DNA of 16,022 bases. Origin: Octopus sinensis (taxonomy: Eukaryota). Below are positions 1 to 8,648 of the stretch, piece by piece. The position numbers and the translations under genes were made by a program. Position 1 is the first letter of the stretch, and every line of letters begins with the position of its first letter. The notes beneath the pieces are model-generated. The model did not search any database and was not told the origin of the DNA. It was given only the letters and a program-made list of their open reading frames with translations. The DNA lies in the NCBI RefSeq assembly GCF_006345805.1, contig NW_021825302.1, positions 1 through 16,022 of the forward strand. Direction: 5' to 3'.

Positions 1-88
1 GTACAGCAGCAGCAGCAGCAGCAACAGTAGTAGTATTAGTAGTAGTAGTAGTAGTAGTAGTAGCAGTAAGCAGTAGTAGTAGTAGTAT

Positions 89-128
<40 letters not shown>

Positions 129-129
129 T
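1..129. repeat. (AGC)n/(AGT)n trinucleotide microsatellite
   Basis: Directly visible. Confidence 0.95.
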
Positions 130-132
130 GAA

Positions 133-353
133 GGCGGCGAACTGGCAGAAACGTTAGCACGCCGGGCGAAATGCTTAGCAGTATTTCGTCTGTCTTTACA
201 CGTTGTTCTGAGTTCAAATTCCGCCGAGGTCGACTTTGCCGTTCATCTTTTCGAGGTCGATAAAATTAAGTACCAGTTGCGTACTGGAGTCGATCTAATC
301 GACTAGCCTCTTACCCCCAAAATTTCGGACCTTGTGCCCAGAGCAGAGAAGAA
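133..353 (+). mobile_element. tRNA-derived SINE, family A, full length
   Basis: A-box-like TGGCAGAAACG and B-box GAGTTCAAATTCC; body GTCGACTTTGCC..TCATC..TTCG.GGTCGATAAA..AAGTACCAG recurs at 5005-5606 (minus), 8426 and 11265; followed by (TAG)n. Confidence 0.9.
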
Positions 354-390
<37 letters not shown>

Positions 391-461
391 TGTTGTTGTT
401 GTTGTTGTAGTAACAGCAACGCAGCAACCGCACCCAGCAGTAGTTGAGGTGGTAGTAGTAG
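354..461. repeat. Compound (AGT)n/(GTT)n/(GCA)n microsatellite
   Basis: Directly visible. Confidence 0.9.
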
Positions 462-664
462 TGAAGAAATGTAACATAAAAATCCTAGTAATGACGGATG
501 AAAGAAAATAAATGAATACAAATGATTAATGATAGAAATGATACAGAGCATATACATCATTTGATATAAAAAATATACAATAATCGTGGGTTTAAATGAT
601 ATTGAATAATTACGCATAATGACTGTTGTCAATCGTACAAAGCCAGCGATTTTAGAATAAAGAT

Positions 665-766
665 TTAATCGATTATTCTAGAGCCGTTTGTTGACGGTGC
701 TGTTTTATCGATCCCAAAGGGGATGAAAGAGGGAATTTAGTGCGGTTTCCGTGTTTGAATAGAACG
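665..766 (-). mobile_element. Highly decayed family A SINE fragment
   Basis: ttttatcgatcccaaaggggatgaaag...tttgaatagaacg resembles tttatcgaccccgaaaggatgaaagg...tttgaactcagaacg in the 5005-5606 array. Confidence 0.4.
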
Positions 767-1258
767 TCGAGGAAAAGTAACTTGAGATCATATGGTTATA
801 TTTTGAGTGCGCTCTGCCGATTATAGTTGTGTGCCGAAGAAAAGGAAAAAAAGCGGAAAGGAATCACCTGACGTGAGTAAATGAAATAATCGATGTGGTG
901 CAGTTGTTTGAAGTAAAAGAAAAAAAAACTAGCAACAAACACCTAATAAACGAAAAAAAAACCCAACTAAGACATGAAAGAGAAACAGCCAGATTGCGAC
1001 GGTTCCAGACAGAATTTCCAAACAAAACAGCCACCCATATATACACATAGAGTTTAAATAGAATTTTTTTTTCTTAATTCTTCGGTACGTAACGCCACGT
1101 TCGGTCAGCGTTAATGGTGGAGTGTCGTTTGTACTCTTCTTTCTTCTTTTGAATTCTGATTGGAAAATGTTTTTTTCTTTTTTGTCAGCAGGAAATCTTG
1201 GGTATCAGAGATGTAACAAAAATTCCATTCAAGCAGAATTGTTTATACACCTTTCCGG

Positions 1259-1451
<193 letters not shown>

Positions 1452-1514
1452 GAGATGTACTTGTATAGTGAGTGGACTTGAACTGAGATCGTGTGCTGGA
1501 ACAAAATATTTGCA

Positions 1515-1593
1515 GCGTGGAACGTGTTTATAAGCCATTTAAATCTAACGGTTTTTATGTCTTTTTTAAATGGGTTATAAACACCTTCCACGC
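1515..1593. repeat. Inverted repeat, 29-bp arms (27/29 paired), 21-nt spacer
   Basis: gcgtggaacgtgtttataagccatttaaa (1515-1543) versus tttaaatgggttataaacaccttccacgc (1565-1593). Confidence 0.9.
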
Positions 1594-2123
1594 CTAAATG
1601 TCATATATAAATACATACACAAACACACACACACACAATCACACCATACTATATATACATATGTATGTATTATATATGCATATATGTAAATATTTATATG
1701 TACACATTATATAGGCTATGTATGTATCAGTACTTTTTTCTCTTTATTTGCGGGCTAACAAGGCACCATTGGTTTCACACTGAATGAAGGCTCTCGGCAT
1801 GAAAACTCTCAGCATGAAACCAATAGAAGCCTTTTTCACCCACAAACAAAAAATATTTTTCCACCAATGTGATATTGAGTACCCATTCTCATTGTTCAAT
1901 ATCACTATATGTGTGTGTGTGTGGTGTGTGTGTGTGTATGTGTGTATGAAAACACACAGCTTGCATAAGACAATATGTTTCCAGTCGATCAATAATACCT
2001 GTTGTGGTTTCTTCTTCTACTGTGGTGGGGTTTACCCCCTCATTTGCCCTTACAGCATTAAAAAGTTCCCACAGGGTTTCTGAACTTTTGATTGAAGACA
2101 CCTCTGTCTCTCTGACGTTATGC

Positions 2124-2210
2124 GTAGTAGGAGACACTTGCTCAAGGTATCGAGCTGTGGAACTGAACCCGGAACCATGTGATTGTAAAGCGATGGCCAT
2201 TACCACACGC
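2124..2210 (-). mobile_element. Family B (CORE-type) SINE, head fragment
   Basis: agacacttgctcaagg...ctgaacccggaaccatgtg...ttaccacac matches the head of the 14641-15058 copy. Confidence 0.75.
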
Positions 2211-2257
2211 TTATAATTGAGCATGTATTATATATATATATATATATATGTATATAT

Positions 2258-2558
2258 GTGGCACTCCATCGTTTACGACGACGAGGGTTCCAGTTGATCC
2301 GAGCAACGGAACAGCCTACGCATGAAATTAACGTGCAAGTGGCTGAGTACTCCATAGAGACGCATACCCTTAAAGTAATTCTCAGAGAAAATTCAGCATG
2401 ACATAGGATATGACAAGACTGGCCCTCTGAAATAAAGGTATAACTAATTTTGGGACAGGAGCAATGTGGAATAAGTGTCTTGTTCAAGGACACAACATCG
2501 GGAATCGAACTCGCGATCTTATGATTGTGAGCCTAATCACTAAACCACGCGCCTTCAC
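2258..2558 (-). mobile_element. tRNA-derived SINE, family C
   Basis: Homologous along its length to 3831-4153; minus-strand B-box GAGTTCGATTCCC followed by CORE-like GTCCTTGAACAAGACACTT. Confidence 0.85.
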
Positions 2559-2857
2559 TGCACAAATTGAGATTCAGAGAGTTCACGACGTGATTCCCCG
2601 CAAGAATATGCTGAGGTTGCTCTCCATTACCTTCTCCGTGCCCACGCGGGGAATTGAACTCATCATTGCAAGACGACGAGGTTAATGTTCAATTTACAGA
2701 ACTGAAGTTAATCACAGAGACGAGTTATCATAACTTTGTGGTGTCTATTTACTGTCACGTGAATCTAGGATTATATCGTTTCCAGTTATGACCAACTCGT
2801 TCATTTTTCAGATATATTTCTAGAGCTATATTATCTCACGTGCCTTCCTTATACGGC

Positions 2858-2867
2858 ATATATAGAT

Positions 2868-2927
<60 letters not shown>

Positions 2928-2971
2928 TGTGTGTGTGTGAGAGTGAGAGAGAGAGAAAGAGAGAGATTGTG
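2858..2971. repeat. (TA)n/(TG)n/(GA)n microsatellite
   Basis: Directly visible. Confidence 0.9.
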
Positions 2972-3128
2972 TGTGTGACTGTCGTAAGAACTTTGCTCCC
3001 TAACCACATGGTTCCGGTTCTGTTCTGTTCACTGCGTGGCACCTTGGATAAGTATCTTCTGCCACAGCTTCGGGCCGACTGAAGCCTTTGTGAGTGGATT
3101 TGCTAAACGGTAACTGAATAATCCTATC
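2972..3128 (+). mobile_element. Family B SINE, 5' half
   Basis: aaccacatggttccggttc...ctgcgtggcaccttggataagtatcttct...gtgagtggatttg matches 8639-8796; ends at a (TA)n tract. Confidence 0.8.
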
Positions 3129-3130
3129 TA

Positions 3131-3131
3131 A

Positions 3132-3208
<77 letters not shown>
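3131..3208. repeat. (TA)n microsatellite
   Basis: Directly visible. Confidence 0.95.
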
Positions 3209-3210
<2 letters not shown>

Positions 3211-3211
<1 letters not shown>

Positions 3212-3588
3212 ATAAATTATTGGAGAGTTACCACTATGTGGATATACGTTTCCAACGATCTTAGCATGCTTTTCGCGGGGAATTTTGAGGCATAACCAAA
3301 AATGCAATTGGTTAAACCGCACGTGTTTTTGACGCTCGTGTTGGTCTAAAAAATTGTATTTAAGACAAACCTCTGCTGATGATTTATAGATGTTTATGTA
3401 AGTAAAATTACATATTACATTAGTAATGAAACAATTGTTCAGGGTCAATCTATTTATCGTTATTTTTCACTTTGCTTCCGTAAATGTAATGTTCTTTCTA
3501 GTTGGAAACATCATTTCTGTGGCTATACTATCGGAGCTATTTTTAGCACTAGAGCTATCCACATAGTGGTAACTCCCTAATATTTATG
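3211..3588. mobile_element. MITE-like non-autonomous DNA transposon with terminal inverted repeats
   Basis: Perfect 20-bp inverted repeat gagttaccactatgtggata (3225-3244) / tatccacatagtggtaactc (3556-3575), extending imperfectly to cataaat (3211) / atttatg (3588). Inner inverted 9-mer gtttccaac (3248-3256) / gttggaaac (3501-3509). No coding capacity; TSD unclear (ca / ta). Confidence 0.7.
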
Positions 3589-3690
3589 TATAAATTTTGT
3601 ATTTCTCCCCTAGTTTTTTTGTGCTAAGCCAATCGGTGTTAAATAATGGTATTATTAAATTAATATCAATTTTTCACCCTCATTTATAAT

Positions 3691-3702
3691 TTATATATAT
3701 AT

Positions 3703-3736
<34 letters not shown>

Positions 3737-3753
3737 ATATATATATACAAATA

Positions 3754-3792
<39 letters not shown>

Positions 3793-3794
3793 CC

Positions 3795-3830
<36 letters not shown>
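3691..3830. repeat. (TA)n/(CA)n microsatellite
   Basis: Directly visible. Confidence 0.95.
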
Positions 3831-4153
3831 GGAGCACTCCGTCGGTTACGACGATGAGGGTCCCAGCTGATCCGATCGACGGAATAGCTTGGTAAGAAAT
3901 TAACATGCAAGTGGCTGAACACTCCACAACACGTATACCCTTAACGTAGTTCTCGGGGAGATTCAGCCTGAACACAGAGGCTGACAAACACGAGTCCTTC
4001 GAAATACAGGTACTACTACTAATTTTTGCAAGCTGAGTTGACTGGAGCAACGTAAATAAAGTGTCTTGCTCAAGGACATAACACGTCGCCGGGATTGAAC
4101 TCACGACCTTACAATCTTGAGCTGAATGCCCTAGCCACCAGCCCGCGCCTTCT
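3831..4153 (-). mobile_element. tRNA-derived SINE, family C, near full length
   Basis: Minus strand reads GGCGCGGGCTGGTGGCTAGGGC...GAGTTCAATCCC (B-box)...GTCCTTGAGCAAGACACTT (CORE-like); homologous to 2258-2558; embedded in (TA)n. Confidence 0.88.
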
Positions 4154-4155
4154 CC

Positions 4156-4163
4156 TATATATA

Positions 4164-4202
<39 letters not shown>

Positions 4203-4365
4203 TATGTATATATATATATCTATATATATATATAATATATATATATATTATAATATATAATATATATATATATATATATATAGACTACATATATATATAT
4301 AAGTGTGTGTGTGTGTGTTGTGAGTGTGGTTGTACAAAATACGTGTGTGTGTGTATGTGTGTGCC
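4156..4365. repeat. (TA)n then (TG)n microsatellite
   Basis: Directly visible. Confidence 0.95.
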
Positions 4366-4368
4366 TTT

Positions 4369-4585
4369 GTGTCTATATTTGTCCCCCCACCACCGCCGCT
4401 CGACAAATGGTGTTCGTTTGTTTACGTCCCCGTCATATAACAGTTCGCAAAAAAAAACCCAAAGAAAAACAGACGGATAAAAAGGTTTTAAAAATAAGTA
4501 CTGGAGTCGATTCATTCGACTGAAAAACCGTTGGAGGCGGTGCCCCAGCGTGGCCGCATCTAAACAACTAAGACTATTAAAAGAT
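4369..4585 (+). mobile_element. Family B SINE, 3' module only
   Basis: tttgtcccccc...tttacgtccccgt...aagtactggagtcgattcattcgact...aggcggtgccccagcgtggccgca matches 8848-9030. Confidence 0.75.
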
Positions 4586-5004
4586 ATATAAACAGGTGTT
4601 GTTATTTAAATGAAAGCCATTATCAACTGTTGAATAGAATAGTCTGATTGAAACGAGGTAAAGTTTACACGAAACCTATCTTGTCAGAGTACAAAGGAAG
4701 TCTATTGTGTCATACTTTATATTAAATATAAAGAAATTAATCTAAAAAAGTTGCGATATAACCAGACTATTGGGAATTGTAAAGAACTTTGGTAAATAAC
4801 GCCTAATAAGATACCAGCGCTACACTAATAGCATAGAAAAAGAAAATATAATCTGAGGTTTTATGGAAGAAAAAAATTCCGATAAAGTAAACGGTGTAGA
4901 GAAATTGGTGTTGGATAATTGAAGGCGTAATGGAGAGACAAACGGAATTACTTAATGATGATGTTTACTGTGAAGATTTGTTTTTCTTACATGCACACAT
5001 ACAC

Positions 5005-5606
5005 ATACCTATTTCTTTACTACTCACAAGGGGCTAAACACAGAGGGGACAAACAAGGACAGACATAGGTATTAAGTCGATTACATCGATCCCAGTGCGT
5101 AACTGGTACTTAATTTATCGACCCCGAAAGGATGAAAGGCAAAGTCGACCTCGGCGGAATTTGAACTCAGAACGTACGCCAGACGAAATACCTATTTCTT
5201 TACTACCCACTATGGGCTATACACAGAGGGGACAAACAAGGACAGACATAGGTATTAAGTCGATTACATCGACCCCAGTGCGTAACTGGTACTTAATTTA
5301 TCGACCCCGAAAGGATGAAAGGCAAAGTCGACCTCGGCGGAATTTGAACTCAGAACGTAACGCCAGACGAAATACCTATTTCTTTACTACCCACTATGGG
5401 CTATACACAGAGGGGACAAACAAGGACAGACATAGGTATTAAGTCGATTACATCGACCCCAGTGCGTAACTGGTACTTAATTTATCGACCCCGAAAGGAT
5501 GAAAGGCAAAGTCGACCTCGGCGGAATTTGAACTCAGAACGTAGCGGCAGACAAAATACCGCTAAGCATTTCGCCCGGCGTGCTAACGTTTCTGCCAGCT
5601 CGTCGC
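5005..5606 (-). mobile_element. Head-to-tail trimer of family A SINE (one complete copy plus two A-box-less 183/184-bp units)
   Basis: Units start at 5005, 5188 and 5372 and are near-identical; only the unit ending at 5606 has the 5' head (GCGACGAGCTGGCAGAAACGTTAGCACGCCGGGCGAAATGCTTAGC on minus). Confidence 0.93.
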
Positions 5607-5646
<40 letters not shown>

Positions 5647-6106
5647 CACACACACGCAAACACACACACACACACGTACGCACACACATACACGCAAACA
5701 CAGACACACGTACGCACACACATACACGCAAACACATACACACACACACACGTACGCACACACACCATGCACTAACACATACACACACACACACACACAC
5801 TAATATACACATACACAAACACTAACACATACATACACTTACACTTACACCAGACACTTACACACACACGTTTACGCACACACACACACACACACACACT
5901 AACACACACACAAGCACTTACACGCACACACACCATACACGGACATATACACACCACGCACGCGCGCACGCACACACACAAGTGCGCGCACGTACGCAAA
6001 CACCCACATACACATACACCCCACGCATGCACACATACATACACGCACACGCACATGCACACACGCACACGCACATGCACACGCACACACACACACACAT
6101 ACACAC

Positions 6107-6139
<33 letters not shown>

Positions 6140-6150
6140 ACACACACACG
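5607..6150. repeat. Long degenerate (CA)n tract with CG/TA variants
   Basis: About 540 bp of largely alternating purine-pyrimidine sequence. Confidence 0.95.
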
Positions 6151-6189
6151 CATCTAATGAAATAAGAAACTTCGAGAAGTTGAAAGTCA

Positions 6190-6494
6190 AGTTTTTTCTA
6201 CTATAGCCTCGAGCCGACCAAAGCCTTGTGAGTGGATTTGATAGACGGAAACTGAAAGAAGCACGTCGTATATTTATGTGTGTGCGTTTGTGTGTGTGTT
6301 TGTATGTATGTGTTTGTTCCCACGCCATCGCTTGACAACCGATGTTCGTAACTCAGCGATTGGGAAAAGAGACTGATAGAATAACTACCAGGCTTACAAA
6401 GAATAAGTCCTGGGGGTCGATTTGCTCGACTAAAGGCGGTGATCCAGCATGACCGCAGTCAAATGACTGAAACCAATAAAAGACTAAAAGAATA
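6190..6494 (+). mobile_element. Family B SINE, 5'-truncated
   Basis: ttctactatagcctcgagccgaccaaagccttgtgagtggatttg...(TG)n...gtcgatttgctcgactaaaggcggtg...caaatgactgaaac, close to the reverse complement of 14662-14965. Confidence 0.88.
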
Positions 6495-6569
6495 ACAGCA
6501 ATGCCGACTATCAAACAACCATCGAGGATGCTTATTCATTTAGAGAGGAAGATTAATTTTAAACCGGGA

Positions 6570-6980
6570 AAGAACATGAGTCCAGACAGGAAATAAAAAT
6601 GGATTGGAATTTCAAAGACGTTGAATCGAAGAAAGATTCTTTAACAAAAATGCAAAACACCATTTGAAAGTAAGAATTCATTTAACCTCCATAAATAAGC
6701 AAAATTGAAGCGGATGGTCGCCACAGCTGGTGACATTCAAGAAGATGTCTAGAAGTGAGATAGATATTTACCTGTACAATATACTATACACAACTACGTT
6801 TAAAACAGTTCTGCTATAGCACAGCAATGCTAAAATATCTATTCTGCATCTTCAATAAAGATTGAAATAAATATTTTCATGAGACAAACGTATAAACGAA
6901 ACTGAATTATAGGATAATAAGTGATTTAGAAGGAACAGTCACATGAAAAGCTCTCACGTCAGAAGAGAGAGAAAAAACAA
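6570..6980 (+). mobile_element. Decayed RTE-clade LINE relic (post-RT region)
   Basis: Manual translation across frameshifts gives motifs in RTE order: QEIK.IGISK, FNK.MQNTI*K, LYTTTFKTVLL*, FH, IIG...SHEKL. Inference from remembered family motifs; many stops. Confidence 0.35.
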
Positions 6981-7099
6981 AAAACAAAAAAAAAACAACA
7001 CAAAAATTGACTAGAAATGAACGAATATCAATAACTACAAATATAACATTAATACGGATATCAAAGCCTGACTAAGAGAGATCAAATATAAAATGGAAA

Positions 7100-7370
7100 A
7101 TACAATCAACATGAAATGGAAAATACGATGGAAAACACGATGAACAGTTAAACATGATTGAAAGAAAGAGCAATACTATTGATAACTGAAGAATTCCAAT
7201 GCAACAGAAGCTTTTATAATTACCGTTCTCTAGGAGAACGTCATGACTTGTTAATATCAAAAATATTCTGACGCAAAAAAGTGGTTTTAAAACAGATCCT
7301 GGGAGTGGCATTTGGCGATAAAAATGGACTATACTTCTCATATTATGTCCGATTGAAGCTACTTATGAAT
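7100..7370 (+). mobile_element. Decayed R4/Dong-like non-LTR retrotransposon relic (C-terminal, zinc-knuckle region)
   Basis: Frame starting at 7141 reads KKEQYY**LKNSNATEAFIITVL*ENVMTC*YQKY...TSHIMSD*SYL, similar to the R4-type pattern WL...ETEGFIIA.QDQ...TRNYQ...ETIDHI.SGC..L recalled from memory. Confidence 0.45.
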
Positions 7371-7436
7371 AATATATCTATATGATATATATGTATATAT
7401 ATGCATATATACACACATATATATATGTATATATAT

Positions 7437-7565
7437 ATCATCATCATCATCATCATGTGACCGACCAGGCTATCAGATGTTGCTACACATCGCTGGTCAC
7501 AATGCGCTTCGCATTGTTTTAGCCTTCAAATGACGCCACCCCCGCTGGCTAAGCGAGCAGGCCAA
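7437..7565 (-). mobile_element. Probable retroposon 3' end with stem-loops and (ATG)n tail
   Basis: GC-rich 110-bp island inside (TA)n, ending on minus in (ATG)n; hairpins acaatgcg/cgcattgt (7499-7517) and gaccag..gatgt/acatc..ctggtc (7463-7498). Confidence 0.5.
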
Positions 7566-7639
7566 TAGCGATATAGATATAATATATATATATAATATAT
7601 ATATATATATTATATATCTATATATATATATATATGTAG

Positions 7640-7950
7640 TAGCATGTATGTTTGTTTTTTGTATTTATATTCGTATTACTTTTTGTTTTTTGTATTCATT
7701 TTCGTGTAACATCGTTCGTTTTTCTGTCCTTGTTTCGTATACATTCGATCCTTTTTCCAAGAAATCCAATGCTCGTAGCTTAGTTTTTCCTTGGGGCTGG
7801 CCAGATCGGAGCAATCTCAAGATTAATCAGCCGAAATTGCGAGGATGATCCGGTTCTTGACTGAAGATTAGAGGCTTCGAATGACCCGTCCGTTTTCGTA
7901 TCGTCTATTTGAATGTTTTGCGTTCTTGTCCCATTTTGTATTTTTTTTAT
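7640..7950. mobile_element. Probable interspersed repeat inserted in (TA)n, unclassified
   Basis: Non-simple 300-bp block bounded on both sides by (TA)n; resembles a repeat I recall from octopus DNA; no second copy in this window. Confidence 0.3.
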
Positions 7951-8302
7951 ATATATTTTTTATATAAATATATATATATGTTTGTGTGTAAATGACAGAT
8001 GAGCTCGTAACTTTATCAATAAAATATTGATAAAGTATGATATCCGTATGGTCTCTCACAATCATTATAAGTTTTAAAAAGTACGGGTATGGCTATGACT
8101 CTCTGAGGGAATCTACCGAGATCGATTCCTCTCCGGACCTTTGACCGTATCTACCTAAAATCAGTCACCCCATTCTCCCTCACCGTTCAACTGGGAGTCG
8201 TTTGGAGTGGCTTCTTTTGTCTTTCTTGACACAAATTGTCATTGAGATGCGTTACTTTTTGCTCTGATCAGCGAATCTCGAAACACTATAAATAATACCT
8301 TT

Positions 8303-8398
8303 TAAATATTGAGTTGAAAAAACCCCTTTCGATAGAAAACAATCGAAGACAGTCTTCGATTTTGTGTATTTGAAAGGGTTTTTTCAATCCAATATTTA
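8303..8398. repeat. 96-bp imperfect palindrome (fold-back element)
   Basis: Outer arms taaatattgagttgaaaaaacccctttc / gaaagggttttttcaatccaatattta; perfect core aatcgaagac-a-gtcttcgatt (8341-8361). Confidence 0.88.
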
Positions 8399-8648
8399 GT
8401 TGTTATTATTTAAAGCTTCACAAAGTGGCAGAATCGTCAGCACGCCGGACAAAATGCTTAGTTCTGAGTTCAAGTTTCGCCGAAGTCGACTTTGTCTTTC
8501 GGGGTCGATAAAATAAATATCAGTCAAACACTGGGGTCGATGTTGCTGGCTTTGTGCCAAAATTTGAAAAACGTTATTTATAGCTTCATTCATTTCGCGA
8601 TCCACAGTTCATCCCCACTCCAAAAAAAAAAAAGGATTAGGTGTGGCT
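8331..8648 (+). repeat. Local duplication, donor copy (318 bp)
   Basis: Matches 11170-11493 at offset 2839; 8332-8533 is identical. Confidence 0.95.
8426..8570 (+). mobile_element. Family A SINE, internally deleted
   Basis: tggcagaatcgtcagcacgccggacaaaatgcttag|ttctgagttcaa...tttcggggtcgataaa; lacks the GGTATTTCGTCTG..ACG segment. Confidence 0.8.

Noticed and set aside
133-232. tRNA gene
   Set aside because: A/B boxes are present but there is no cloverleaf; it is a multi-copy SINE head.
1999-2079. Minus-strand exon candidate (ETLWELFNAVRANEGVNPTTVEEETTT)
   Set aside because: Weak donor, no polypyrimidine tract, no ankyrin or death-domain similarity.
2592-2661. 9-bp inverted repeat attccccgc/gcggggaat with B-box-like GAGTTCAATTCCC on minus
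   Set aside because: Too short; at most a decayed SINE head, and not an exon (stops in all frames).
5005-5606. CRISPR array or hammerhead retrozyme
   Set aside because: No unique spacers and a eukaryotic context; no CUGANGA...GAAA core on either strand of the unit.
5095-5803. Repeated peptide ORFs (RNWYLIYRPRKDERQSRPRRNLNSER)
   Set aside because: Antisense translation of the SINE A trimer.
7790-7895. Hammerhead-like motifs (ggctg..cagcc-GAAA; CTGAAGA..GAAT)
   Set aside because: The first lacks CUGANGA; the second lacks GAAA and a stem II. An Infernal search would settle it.
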